Below, one piece after another: positions 1 to 9,847 of a DNA stretch of 20,000 nt. The stretch lies in IMG/VR virus record IMGVR_UViG_3300013132_000043, one strand, 5' to 3'. Position numbers and translations under genes: made by a program. Every line of letters starts with the position of its first letter. Position 1 is the stretch's first letter. The notes under the pieces are model-generated. The model had not been told where the DNA came from, searched no databases, and was given only the letters and a program-made list of their open reading frames with translations. This DNA is from an uncultured virus (IMG/VR IMGVR_UViG_3300013132_000043) (taxonomy: Duplodnaviria > Heunggongvirae > Uroviricota > Caudoviricetes).

Positions 1-1
1 T

Positions 2-373
2 AGAGAAATCAGAGCTAATTTGTTACATCTTATTTTAACAAGAAGAGGTACTCGATATTATTTACCTGACTTTGGAACAAGACTATACGAGTTCATATTT
101 GAACCAAATGACGCTGTTACATTCCAAATGATTGAGGACGAAATAAGAACAACAGTTAAAAAGTTTATTCCAAATCTCGATATAAATTCAATAAGAATAA
201 CTCCAGCAGACCAAGATACTGAAGAACCATCAAGTGTAAGTGAGGATTCAGATTCAAGATTGTTCAGGGTATCAAATAATGCCGCAAAACCATACACTGC
301 GAAAGTTAGAATTGATTACGAGATTAATAATGAACCATTTAGTTCTTCTGACTTTATAATTATTAACATATAA
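2..373 (+). CDS. Baseplate wedge subunit, GPW/gp25-like (5'-truncated by window)
   Basis: Frame is open from base 2 (REIRANLLHLILTRRGTRYYLPDFGTRLYEFIFEP), so the TTG at 20 is probably not the true start. The 'L..IL.T..G.R...P.FG..L...FEP' pattern is typical of the gp25/GPW family. Lies directly upstream of a gp6-like gene. Confidence 0.85.
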   Translation, partial: REIRANLLHLILTRRGTRYYLPDFGTRLYEFIFEPNDAVTFQMIEDEIRTTVKKFIPNLDINSIRITPADQDTEEPSSVSEDSDSRLFRVSNNAAKPYTAKVRIDYEINNEPFSSSDFIIINI

Positions 374-374
374 C

Positions 375-2207
375 ATGGGAAAAAAGATTTCATACGCAAC
401 AAGAGACTTTGCAGGTTTGAGACAAGAATTAGTAAACCTAACAAAGGAATACTATCCTGACTTAGTTAAGAATACGAATGACGCATCAATTTATTCTGTA
501 CTATTAGATTTAAATGCTGCGGTTACTGATAACCTACATTACCATATCGATAGAGTGTGGCAAGAGACTATGTTGGACTTTGCACAACAAAGACAATCTC
601 TCTTCCATATTGCAAAAACATATGGTATTAGACTCCCAGGTACAAGACCATCAGTTGCGTTATGTGATTTTAGTGTAAACGTACCTGTCAGAGGTGATAA
701 AGAAGATGAACGTTATTTGGGTACGATTAAAGCGGGTGCTCAAATTAGTGGTGGAGGACAAGTATTTGAAGCTATCGAGGATATTGATTTCTCAAATCCT
801 TTTAATAGTAAAGGAGAACCAAATAGATTGAAGATTCCTAATTTTGATGGTAACAATCGTTTAATATCGTATACTATTGTAAAAAGAGAAGCGGTCGTTA
901 ATGGTGTATCAAGAATTTACAGAAAAGTAATTACTGAATTAGACCAAAAACCATTCTTAAAACTTTACCTACCCGAACAAAATGTTTTGGGTGTAACATC
1001 AATTATACACAAAGATGGTACCTCTTTTGCCGGTAATCCATCAAACTCAGAATTTTTAGACCCAACAAATAAGTGGTATGAAGTTAAATCTTTAATGCAA
1101 GATAAAGTATTCGTACCCGATTCGACAAATGCATCCGACAGAGATAATTTTACCGCGGGAAAATACGTTAGTGTTGCTAATAAATTTATTACAGAATACA
1201 CACCCGAGGGTTATTTTTCCGTAACATTTGGAAGTGGTAATGTTGACCCAATGGACAACTTAGATGACTACATGAACGGGTCATTGAAAGTTAATCTTGG
1301 AACATATCTAAATAACATGTCTTTAGGTGCGTTACCAAAAGTCGGTACAACATTATTCATAAAATATAGAATAGGTGGTGGTAAAGACACAAACATTGGT
1401 GTAGATGTTATTACAAGTGTTGATGATGTTGATTTTGTAATTAATGGACCAAATTCGTCTATTAATACTCAGGTTACCCAATCACTAATTGTAACAAACG
1501 TTACGCCAGCAATTGGAGGTGCGGACCAACCAACAATTGAAGAAATCAGAAACATGATTGCTTACAATTTTGCGGCACAAAACAGAGCGGTTACCTTAAA
1601 CGATTATAAATCATTGATTGAGACAATGCCATCTACATATGGTGCGCCAGCAAAAGTAAATGTGATGGAAGAAGATAACAAAGTGAAAATCAAGTTGTTA
1701 TCTTATGATGAGAATGGTAATCTTTCAGATACAGTATCTACTACACTAAAGAGTAACATTTTAAATTATTTGTCTGAATACAGAATGATTAATGACTACG
1801 TTGACATTGAGAGCGGTCAGGTAATTGATTTAGGATTAGAGATAGATTTGGTTATTGATAAAAACGGAAATCAAACTGAGATTATAAGAAATAGTATTGA
1901 AGATATTATTGACTATTTCGCCATTGAAAAAAGAAAAATGGGAGACCCCTTACTTGTGGGTGATTTAAATAGATTAATCGGTCAAGTTACGGGTGTGGTA
2001 AATGTTGTTGACGTTAGAGTATTTAACCTAACAGGGGGTGAATATTCAAGTGCAGAAGTGGCACAAGATTATTCAGACCCAACTACTAAACAAATCTTAC
2101 AATCTGATATGACAATTTATATGAAATCCAATCAGATATTTCAGATTAGATTCCCAAATAAAGATGTCAAAATTAGAGTAAGAACTCTCGGTTCGACTAC
2201 ATTCTAA
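375..2207 (+). CDS. Baseplate wedge subunit, T4 gp6 / baseplate J-like (610 aa)
   Basis: N-terminal 'RDFAGLRQEL...SVLLDLNAAVTDNLHYHID...ETMLDFAQQRQSLFHIAKTYG', central 'VTFGSG' and 'IKYRIGGG', and 'AIGGAD...EEIR...FAAQNRAVTLNDY' are hallmark gp6/baseplate-J motifs. Size and position after gp25 fit. Confidence 0.88.
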   Translation: MGKKISYATRDFAGLRQELVNLTKEYYPDLVKNTNDASIYSVLLDLNAAVTDNLHYHIDRVWQETMLDFAQQRQSLFHIAKTYGIRLPGTRPSVALCDFSVNVPVRGDKEDERYLGTIKAGAQISGGGQVFEAIEDIDFSNPFNSKGEPNRLKIPNFDGNNRLISYTIVKREAVVNGVSRIYRKVITELDQKPFLKLYLPEQNVLGVTSIIHKDGTSFAGNPSNSEFLDPTNKWYEVKSLMQDKVFVPDSTNASDRDNFTAGKYVSVANKFITEYTPEGYFSVTFGSGNVDPMDNLDDYMNGSLKVNLGTYLNNMSLGALPKVGTTLFIKYRIGGGKDTNIGVDVITSVDDVDFVINGPNSSINTQVTQSLIVTNVTPAIGGADQPTIEEIRNMIAYNFAAQNRAVTLNDYKSLIETMPSTYGAPAKVNVMEEDNKVKIKLLSYDENGNLSDTVSTTLKSNILNYLSEYRMINDYVDIESGQVIDLGLEIDLVIDKNGNQTEIIRNSIEDIIDYFAIEKRKMGDPLLVGDLNRLIGQVTGVVNVVDVRVFNLTGGEYSSAEVAQDYSDPTTKQILQSDMTIYMKSNQIFQIRFPNKDVKIRVRTLGSTTF

Positions 2208-2247
2208 TTTTTATTTTCCGTATTTTTTTGGAAAACCTATAAATTTC

Positions 2248-2254
2248 TATTTAT
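2248..2254 (+). promoter_or_regulatory. TATTTAT motif, putative phage late promoter element
   Basis: In the 54-nt gap, 7 nt before the ATG at 2262. The same heptamer occurs in the gaps before 9848 and 18679. Confidence 0.5.
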
Positions 2255-2261
2255 AGTAGAA

Positions 2262-5200
2262 ATGATTCAGAAGCATAGAATTTCCACAAATATTGGTAGA
2301 GACCAAAGAGTCACTGTCGAGTTAAAACAAGACTATGACCTCTTGGAGATTTTGTCTCTAAAATTCACCCAAAGTGATGTCTATGCTTCGATGTGCTCAG
2401 ATTATGGGGTTGTTGTTGGTAGGATATCAGTTAATAACGGATTTGGAGTTCCTAATGCTAGAGTTTCTATCTTTATTCCCATAACGGATGAGGATAGTGA
2501 AGACCCCGTAATATCCGCATTATACCCATTTACTTCAGTAAACGATAAAGATGAAAAGGGTTATAGATATAACCTATTACCATCAAGGAAACAACACGGA
2601 GGACACGAACCAACAGGAACATTCCCCGACCAAAAAGATATTTTAACAAGAGAAGAGGTTCTTGAAGTTTACGAGAAATATTACAAATACACCGCAAAGA
2701 CCAACGATGCGGGTGATTTCATGATATGGGGAATACCCACAGGTAATCAAACCATTCACGTTGATGTTGATTTATCTGACATAGGTTGTTTCTCACTTAG
2801 ACCCGATGATTTTATTCGTCAAGGTATGGGTGTTGACCAATTTAAAAATGAATACACATTTAAAGCTTCAGAAGATATTGATTCATTGCCTCACATTGTT
2901 TCTTTTAATCAAACGATAGACGTTTTCCCGTTTTGGGGAAATGAAGATATATGTGAAATTGGAATAACAAGAACCGATTTTGATTTATCGAACAAGGGTG
3001 TAAAGATTGAACCTAAAGCGTATCTAATCGGAGGTACATATACCGATACAGGAAAATCTGCATTAAATAAAAATTGTGCTCCAAGAAGAAAAATGGGGCG
3101 TAAATGTGACCTAACAACAAAGACAGGTAAGATAGAGGCGATAAGATTTACAAGTCAAAAGGATGTTAAGTTAAGACCAATATTAGAGGAATTACCAATT
3201 AATGAGGACATAGACGAAGATGGTTCATTCATTGTTGCACTCCCAATGAACATGGATTATTTGTACACAAATGAATTCGGTGAAAATGAATATACAAATG
3301 ACCCAAATAAAGGAATTCCAACATCATCATGTTATAGATTTAGAATAAGTTTATCGGATGAGGGAATGGAAAAAATTAGAGTTAACGCAGACTACTTGGC
3401 ACCAAACATTAGAGAATATGAAAATACAATCGGAAACCCATACGAAAAAGAAAAATCGTACGCCTTTTCTATTAATTTTGATGACTACCCACAACACGCG
3501 GTAGAAAATTTTATACTTAATTCTACTGATGGTTTTTATTATCCGAGAGATTATTTTTATCGAGTAACATATAACAAGGTTTATACTGTATCATCATTTC
3601 AAGGTTCATACTTTAAAGGCAATACATTTACAAAAGATAGATATCTTGGTTTAAAAGAGTTGGTACCTTCAGAAGAGGAAGATTGTGCTTCAAGTGCAGT
3701 AACCCCACCGGTAAATTTTGGATTTAAAAATTATACATTTCAATTACTAATTGCGGATGTTTTACTTTTATTTGAACACTTAATAAATTTATTCACATTT
3801 CTTTTAACAAATGCACTTGTAAACTTTTTACATGGTTTTGCGGAAGCCGTTGATTTCTTTCCAATAAAAAAATTATCGAAAACAATCCGTAAGGGGGCAT
3901 ATACAATACAGGATGCCACACAAAGAAAATTATATTTAATAAATTATCCTGAATGTGAAGAATGTAATGGTGAAAACGAATTTGGTACATCTCAAGGAGG
4001 TGTATCTGAAATTGAATATTGCGAAGTTGGCACAATAAGAATACATGGTTCGAGTGAGGAAACACCTAGAACGGGATTTACAGTATCAAATGATGTTTTT
4101 TTCCAAACGAACCCATATACAGGGTCACCCCAACCATGTACAGGGGCAACGTTAATAGTGAACACCACCCAATGTGCAAGAGCACAGGATTTTGTTAATA
4201 ATCAATCAAACTATGTTTTAACATATACCTCTAATGGTATAACAAATATTATCCCATTAGGAAGTGGAGGTGTACAATTTAATATTGATATTATTTATGA
4301 CCCAAATCCACCATATGATTGTGCAAGTTATGATTTAACATTTGATGACCCCGGTGGATTCTTTAACGAATCAATTGACTATGATTGTGAAATTAGAGAT
4401 AAAAATTCACCTGTAAATCCAGCATCAGCAATAACGGCACAACTTGAATCTGAGTGTGATTTATATGATGTTCCATATAATGAAAGCATAGTTTCTAAAT
4501 ATTTTGTTGGTACGGGTAGAACACAATACAATCCGGGTTCTTTACCGGCAGGCGCAGACATCTCCGCAACTAGAATATCAGATAGAGATTATTTTGGATT
4601 ACCAACTTCATATGAAGGTTTATCGTTCTCACCAAATACACCGGCAGACGGTCCTAACTCTGGTGGGTCCTACGCGTTTTCGGAATTTAGTAACGGAGTG
4701 TTTTATTTTATACCCGGAACACAAAGCGCCACTAGAATATTTTCAATTCTTAAAGAATACAGAAGAAGAAAAAGAGTTGGTACAATGTTCTGTGGAGGAA
4801 TTGTTAATTATGGATTCTTAGATAACTGGTTAAGCGGTTCATTATATTTCTTTCAATTCAAAGCTAAAGTTAAATGGGATGACGAAAAGGCATTAGATTT
4901 AAATTATGGTCGTACAAATTACTGCGAAGATTTAGTTCTATATAAAGTAAAAGAAGAGACTACCGGTTTTCCTGTAAAAAGATTTTATTATCGTTCTACG
5001 TTATCAAACTCATCAGGAACATTCATTGGTGAAACATATAATAGCACATTTAAAAGACTTGGTCATCCGACCACATTAGTTGATTTAGGACCAAGAGATG
5101 AATTTATTAGAGAAATATGTACTGACCCAACACTTGACCCAAATTGCTCGGTCGTAAGGTCTATTGGACCATCGTCATTTCAAAGTTTTGGAGAACTATT

Positions 5201-6140
5201 AGGTTTAGTTATAAATTATAGAATGGATACCGAAGACGATGGAAATTTTAGTCTTGATGAATTTTTCGATAACGATGGATTCCAAGATTCGGGATTTGGT
5301 AAAAAAGTTTTAGATGGAGATATATTACAATTGATATCAATTAATAATGAGGTGGGTATTGAAGAATTCAATCTTCAAAGTCCAAAATACCTTGGTTATT
5401 CATATCAAATTCTTGACCCCGAAACTTATCCTGCGGTATTCCAGAACGGAAGCAACCCCGATGTTTGGGGACCAACACCGATAACATTTGATTTTGATGA
5501 GGATGGTCAAAGAGTTCGAGCTTGTCTAAATGAACCTGGTAGATTAACAGAATCATCTCAAAACGTTCCATTCTTTTTATGGAATAAAGGCGGAACAGGT
5601 TTTGGACCATATGACAACGGCACTAAAGATGACCAATCGTGGGATTATGAAATTATCCAATCACAACCATTACAGGGTATGACATATGGATATACATTGA
5701 CCGGTGGAACAAATGACCCATCAGACAAATACTTGTTATTACCAATGACTTATACATATAGTGGATTATCAATAACAGGTTTGAACGTAACAAATAGTGT
5801 TGAATTTGATGTTGTTGAAGCGTCAGTAACAGATAACCACACATCATATGATACACAATACCCCGGCTTTACTTATTTATGGGTTACAGGTGGTACTATC
5901 ACAACACCAACCGCGGGTATATTATATACGAGGTACGGCACAGCGGGTACTTGGCACACGTTAAGTTGGAATAGCGGTATGGATTTTATCATTAGAAAAA
6001 CAGAAGATTATTATTCGGGTTTTAAACAGATTTTATCTACACCATTCCAATTTTATTTTGGATTAAGACCCGGCAATACTGGCGTTGATAAATTTATAAA
6101 AAGATTTGGTCCTTTAGGAGCATTTCCCGCATCTGAATAA
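2262..6140 (+). CDS. Large putative virion structural protein (1292 aa) with N-terminal carboxypeptidase-regulatory-like (transthyretin-like) beta-sandwich
   Basis: Long uninterrupted ORF in a baseplate cluster. 'GVVVGRI..NNGFGVPNARVSI...YTAKTNDAGDFMIWGIPTGNQTIHVD' (about 2403-2771) resembles CarboxypepD_reg-type domains with an insertion. Cys-rich, with one hydrophobic segment at about 3738-3866. The ORF is secure; the function is inferred. Confidence 0.6.
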   Translation: MIQKHRISTNIGRDQRVTVELKQDYDLLEILSLKFTQSDVYASMCSDYGVVVGRISVNNGFGVPNARVSIFIPITDEDSEDPVISALYPFTSVNDKDEKGYRYNLLPSRKQHGGHEPTGTFPDQKDILTREEVLEVYEKYYKYTAKTNDAGDFMIWGIPTGNQTIHVDVDLSDIGCFSLRPDDFIRQGMGVDQFKNEYTFKASEDIDSLPHIVSFNQTIDVFPFWGNEDICEIGITRTDFDLSNKGVKIEPKAYLIGGTYTDTGKSALNKNCAPRRKMGRKCDLTTKTGKIEAIRFTSQKDVKLRPILEELPINEDIDEDGSFIVALPMNMDYLYTNEFGENEYTNDPNKGIPTSSCYRFRISLSDEGMEKIRVNADYLAPNIREYENTIGNPYEKEKSYAFSINFDDYPQHAVENFILNSTDGFYYPRDYFYRVTYNKVYTVSSFQGSYFKGNTFTKDRYLGLKELVPSEEEDCASSAVTPPVNFGFKNYTFQLLIADVLLLFEHLINLFTFLLTNALVNFLHGFAEAVDFFPIKKLSKTIRKGAYTIQDATQRKLYLINYPECEECNGENEFGTSQGGVSEIEYCEVGTIRIHGSSEETPRTGFTVSNDVFFQTNPYTGSPQPCTGATLIVNTTQCARAQDFVNNQSNYVLTYTSNGITNIIPLGSGGVQFNIDIIYDPNPPYDCASYDLTFDDPGGFFNESIDYDCEIRDKNSPVNPASAITAQLESECDLYDVPYNESIVSKYFVGTGRTQYNPGSLPAGADISATRISDRDYFGLPTSYEGLSFSPNTPADGPNSGGSYAFSEFSNGVFYFIPGTQSATRIFSILKEYRRRKRVGTMFCGGIVNYGFLDNWLSGSLYFFQFKAKVKWDDEKALDLNYGRTNYCEDLVLYKVKEETTGFPVKRFYYRSTLSNSSGTFIGETYNSTFKRLGHPTTLVDLGPRDEFIREICTDPTLDPNCSVVRSIGPSSFQSFGELLGLVINYRMDTEDDGNFSLDEFFDNDGFQDSGFGKKVLDGDILQLISINNEVGIEEFNLQSPKYLGYSYQILDPETYPAVFQNGSNPDVWGPTPITFDFDEDGQRVRACLNEPGRLTESSQNVPFFLWNKGGTGFGPYDNGTKDDQSWDYEIIQSQPLQGMTYGYTLTGGTNDPSDKYLLLPMTYTYSGLSITGLNVTNSVEFDVVEASVTDNHTSYDTQYPGFTYLWVTGGTITTPTAGILYTRYGTAGTWHTLSWNSGMDFIIRKTEDYYSGFKQILSTPFQFYFGLRPGNTGVDKFIKRFGPLGAFPASE

Positions 6141-7882
6141 TGGAAAAGAAAAGAGTCATATTACCAACTAAAAAATTCTTCGGAGCAATTAATGAAGATT
6201 TGAGTCTAAAAATAAATTTAGATGAAAGTAAAAATTTGCTTAGAGAAGGTGATAGAACAATCATTCTTGACACATCAATACTTTTTGCAAAAGAGAGAAA
6301 CGAAAGTCCACATTATAAAATACATGGAAAACTTAAAATGGTTTTCAGAAATTTGTATAGTGGAACTACGGGATATCAACCATTAAAGAAGAATTTATAT
6401 TTAGTTTTTGATGATGGTAATCAGTTTGATGGGTTTTTACCATACAATGAATTTGCATTTTTAAGAGATGATGTTAAAAGAGAAACCAATGACCCTATTT
6501 CCACAAGTGTACTTTCAGCGTTTACTCAAAATATAGTAGTAACTGGACAAACAGACCATGTTGAGGTTACACCAATAACAGCACCATTTCACAATTGGAA
6601 TATTTGTTTATCATATATCTATTCGGGTGACCCATCTCATCAAATGAAATATACATTGAGTGGTAATACTGTCTATAGTTTTACTGCTCAAGATGGAATA
6701 CCATTTAGAGTTACAGAAGACAGGTCGTCATATTATCTAACAAGTCCGGTTGAGCATGGTATTAGTAAGGGAGAATATGTTGTGATATCAGGAGGTACAT
6801 TAAATAACACAGTACCACAGTCGGGAAGAACATTTTCGGTTGTTTCGGTTGGTAATGAAAAGTTTAATTCTGAAAATTATGTTTTAGAAATAAGCAAATC
6901 AGAAGTTCCATCAGGTACTACGTTGTCTACGGTTGTTCTTGGTAAAAGATGTATTAACAGAAACAGATTAACTGAAACAATTTCAACATATTATGTTCAT
7001 AAACATAAAGTGTTAACCATGGGAGATGCCTTTATTTTAGATAAGATTGGTTTTGAATCTTCAGTTTGGGAAAATGAAAAGAAATTAGTATTTGAAAATA
7101 GTGTTGGAGATAATGATGTATTGGTTGTAAGAAACAGAATGGAATCATTGGTTTATGATTTTAAACAACCATTTACTTTAACAGGTCTAACAAATAATCT
7201 CGGATACCTACCAACTGATGTGTATGTGTCTATTGTTTTTAAAAACAAAAACGGATATTTTGATTATCCCTATAAAGTTGGTTATAAGTTTAATTTCCAT
7301 GATACATGGATTGACCAACATTTTAGTGGAACAACGTCGTTAGAAACATCGGTACCTTATGGTACGTTTACAAAATCAGGAAATACTTTTATTTCTGGTG
7401 GTACGATTACGACAGGTACAACATTAACGGGTGCATTTATAGAATATAATAGGTCAGAATTAAAAGAAAGAGTTGTTAGTGAAGCATATCATAAGATTAC
7501 ATCACCAACAACAATATTCGACCATAACCAAGATGACCCCACATCATATTCGGGAGCGTCGGAAAATAATAAATTTGGTATATACTATCAACCACATCAT
7601 AGAGTGAAACTTAGGGAATTATCTCCTTATGTTGAGACATCTACAACAAATCAAATATATGGGTTACCACAAAATGCTAAGTATTTCTCAGAAGAGTCTT
7701 TATGGAAATGGAGAGATGTTTACGACCATGGGTTCATAGACCCAGAGGGATTTGGTACAAACTATCCTTACATTAACAATATTCATTATGTAAAAAATGA
7801 TATTAATTTCTATTTACGTAATGAACAACAATATACCAATAAAAAAGATGGAAATTATAAAATAAAAAGATTTAAGTGTTAA
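6140..7882 (+). CDS. Hypothetical protein, probable virion/baseplate component (580 aa)
   Basis: Start overlaps the upstream stop (TAATG). 'LTSPVEHGISKGEYVVISGG...GRTFSVVSV' (from 6731) resembles the HG-x-x-x-G-[DE]-x-V-x-I small beta-barrel (E1 FCCH-like) seen in phage tail proteins. Confidence 0.6.
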   Translation: MEKKRVILPTKKFFGAINEDLSLKINLDESKNLLREGDRTIILDTSILFAKERNESPHYKIHGKLKMVFRNLYSGTTGYQPLKKNLYLVFDDGNQFDGFLPYNEFAFLRDDVKRETNDPISTSVLSAFTQNIVVTGQTDHVEVTPITAPFHNWNICLSYIYSGDPSHQMKYTLSGNTVYSFTAQDGIPFRVTEDRSSYYLTSPVEHGISKGEYVVISGGTLNNTVPQSGRTFSVVSVGNEKFNSENYVLEISKSEVPSGTTLSTVVLGKRCINRNRLTETISTYYVHKHKVLTMGDAFILDKIGFESSVWENEKKLVFENSVGDNDVLVVRNRMESLVYDFKQPFTLTGLTNNLGYLPTDVYVSIVFKNKNGYFDYPYKVGYKFNFHDTWIDQHFSGTTSLETSVPYGTFTKSGNTFISGGTITTGTTLTGAFIEYNRSELKERVVSEAYHKITSPTTIFDHNQDDPTSYSGASENNKFGIYYQPHHRVKLRELSPYVETSTTNQIYGLPQNAKYFSEESLWKWRDVYDHGFIDPEGFGTNYPYINNIHYVKNDINFYLRNEQQYTNKKDGNYKIKRFKC

Positions 7883-7883
7883 A

Positions 7884-8735
7884 GTGGAATTAGTTAGAAG
7901 AAATATTGACCAAAATTTAATTGTAGACCCGACTCAAAATTTTAAAACTGATTTGGGGTGGACTGAGTCTGCTGAAATCATGGAAAAAGAAATTCTTTAT
8001 CAGATTATTAACCCAATAGAGAATTATGAGACGGTAAGATACATACATAAACCATACACAAATGTTAGTGGATTTAGTCAAACGGACATTTGGTTCTACT
8101 TTTATTTTGGCGATTATCAGTATAATAATTCAAACCCCACAAATCCAATTATTACGGGTGTGACGTTTAAACAAGATTATCAGTTAATGGATATAACATT
8201 ACAAGAAAATGCTTTAATGTTAAAACAATCAACTGAAAGTTTTTTTAGATTAGAATTTTATAAAACACCAAATGATGTTGCACCTAACAATACAAATAAA
8301 AGAATGGTTTTTGCTAAAAATTTAGCACTTCCATTGGGTGAAAAAATATTCTATACAGGAACAACATCGGGTTCAACAATACCGATGAATGACTATATAT
8401 ACTTCCCTGTCTTTATGGGTTCAAATTATAGAAACAAAGAGAATATGTATTTCTTTTGGTTTACGGACGATACGCCATTTGATGAAACAACTTTGACGGG
8501 AAATACATTTTACATGACCGCCAAATTTTATAACGCAAAGACAAGTGAAATTTTTGATTTTACAAATAAAACAAAGACACCTAACGGTACAATTGTCGAA
8601 GAAAATGACTTATACTATAAAGTTGTAATTGATAGGAGCGATTTCTCATATCAAATATTTCGATTTAATGGTTCTGTTGGTTCAAGAATAGGTGAAACAA
8701 ATGACCCAATAGTTTTTTATGAAAAATTCTTATAA
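7884..8735 (+). CDS. Hypothetical protein, probable virion component (283 aa)
   Basis: GTG start 1 nt after the upstream TAA. Aromatic, beta-rich sequence. Same strand and operon; no family recognised. Confidence 0.6.
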   Translation: MELVRRNIDQNLIVDPTQNFKTDLGWTESAEIMEKEILYQIINPIENYETVRYIHKPYTNVSGFSQTDIWFYFYFGDYQYNNSNPTNPIITGVTFKQDYQLMDITLQENALMLKQSTESFFRLEFYKTPNDVAPNNTNKRMVFAKNLALPLGEKIFYTGTTSGSTIPMNDYIYFPVFMGSNYRNKENMYFFWFTDDTPFDETTLTGNTFYMTAKFYNAKTSEIFDFTNKTKTPNGTIVEENDLYYKVVIDRSDFSYQIFRFNGSVGSRIGETNDPIVFYEKFL

Positions 8736-9822
8736 AATATTAAGAAAGAACATTCCAAATGTTAGACTACATTCTCTTAGTGGTCAATTTTGGTACGACT
8801 ATTTTGGTAATTGGGTCCCATGGTCAGGTTCTACGACATTACCTCCTGACTCAGGAGATGTCGTCTATAATGTTACAGGTAGTCTTGCAACAGGATACTA
8901 TAAGTGGACAGGTAGTGCGTGGTCTTCGATAACTGAAGCAACTGCTGTAGGTAGTCACGATGTTCCACTATTTTTAGAATCGTCAGTTGATGAAATGGGG
9001 GTAATGGTTGGGTTTGATGGATATATGGAACAAGTTGAACAAATATGTAATTTTTCATACACTCAGACAGGAAACACTGTTCAGGTTTATAATACGGTGG
9101 ATTCAACCAAGGTATCTGAAATACACACAGTTAACTTTACTGTTGATTGGGGGGATACCACAACATCAACATTAACAACTCACACCGGAACCACCCTTAA
9201 CTCATCAACCAAGACATATGGAACCACGGGAGTAAAAAACATATCAATTTCATTAAACACGCCTTGGTTAAATTTTAAATTACAAAAAAAGGTAACTGTA
9301 CCCGCAAACGTAAGTGTTCCTGACCCATTAGGTTCATTGACTGGGTTTACCATTCCTTATACAAACATAACAGGTCAGACGTTGAATTATATTAATAATC
9401 TTGACCACACAACCACAACGGGAAATACCACTTTTACATATGCAGCAATTGGAAATAGTAGAATTGACGAAAAAAAATTATATGGTTCAAACACATATAG
9501 TGGAGTAACTACCGGAACCCTATCCGGTGTAACCTTTAGTGCATATACGATAGACAATCTATATTATATGGATTTCTCTGATGGAGTTACAACGATTACA
9601 GGCACAACAACGGGATTTACAAAGGAAGAGGTTATAAATTATGTGTTAACCAGAAATGAACACTTTTTAGGTTTTATAGACGAACCGACCATATTTTCTG
9701 ATTTATTTGTTGAAAGGGGTAAACAGGGTGTAATGGAAAAAATACTTAGGTTAACTGAAATAGACAATACAGGGGAATTAGATATCTATGGAAATGGGTA
9801 TTTTAACATAAGAAAACAATAA
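8719..9822 (+). CDS. PKD/Ig-like domain-containing putative virion protein (367 aa)
   Basis: Overlaps the upstream gene by 17 nt. 'NFSYTQTGNTVQVYNT...FTVDWGDTTTST...KTYGTTGVKNISISL...KKVTV' (about 9046-9300) follows the PKD consensus (F.Y...G.TV...W/DFGDG...TY...G...V.L). Confidence 0.6.
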   Translation: MKNSYKILRKNIPNVRLHSLSGQFWYDYFGNWVPWSGSTTLPPDSGDVVYNVTGSLATGYYKWTGSAWSSITEATAVGSHDVPLFLESSVDEMGVMVGFDGYMEQVEQICNFSYTQTGNTVQVYNTVDSTKVSEIHTVNFTVDWGDTTTSTLTTHTGTTLNSSTKTYGTTGVKNISISLNTPWLNFKLQKKVTVPANVSVPDPLGSLTGFTIPYTNITGQTLNYINNLDHTTTTGNTTFTYAAIGNSRIDEKKLYGSNTYSGVTTGTLSGVTFSAYTIDNLYYMDFSDGVTTITGTTTGFTKEEVINYVLTRNEHFLGFIDEPTIFSDLFVERGKQGVMEKILRLTEIDNTGELDIYGNGYFNIRKQ

Positions 9823-9828
9823 AAATTA

Positions 9829-9835
9829 TATTTAT
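9829..9835 (+). promoter_or_regulatory. TATTTAT motif, putative phage late promoter element
   Basis: In the 25-nt gap, 12 nt before the ATG at 9848. Confidence 0.5.
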
Positions 9836-9847
9836 TAATAAAAAATC

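Noticed and set aside
2208..2236. Rho-independent terminator after the gp6-like gene
   Set aside because: The stem is only TTTTCC/GGAAAA with a 10-nt loop and no following U-tract, too weak to call.
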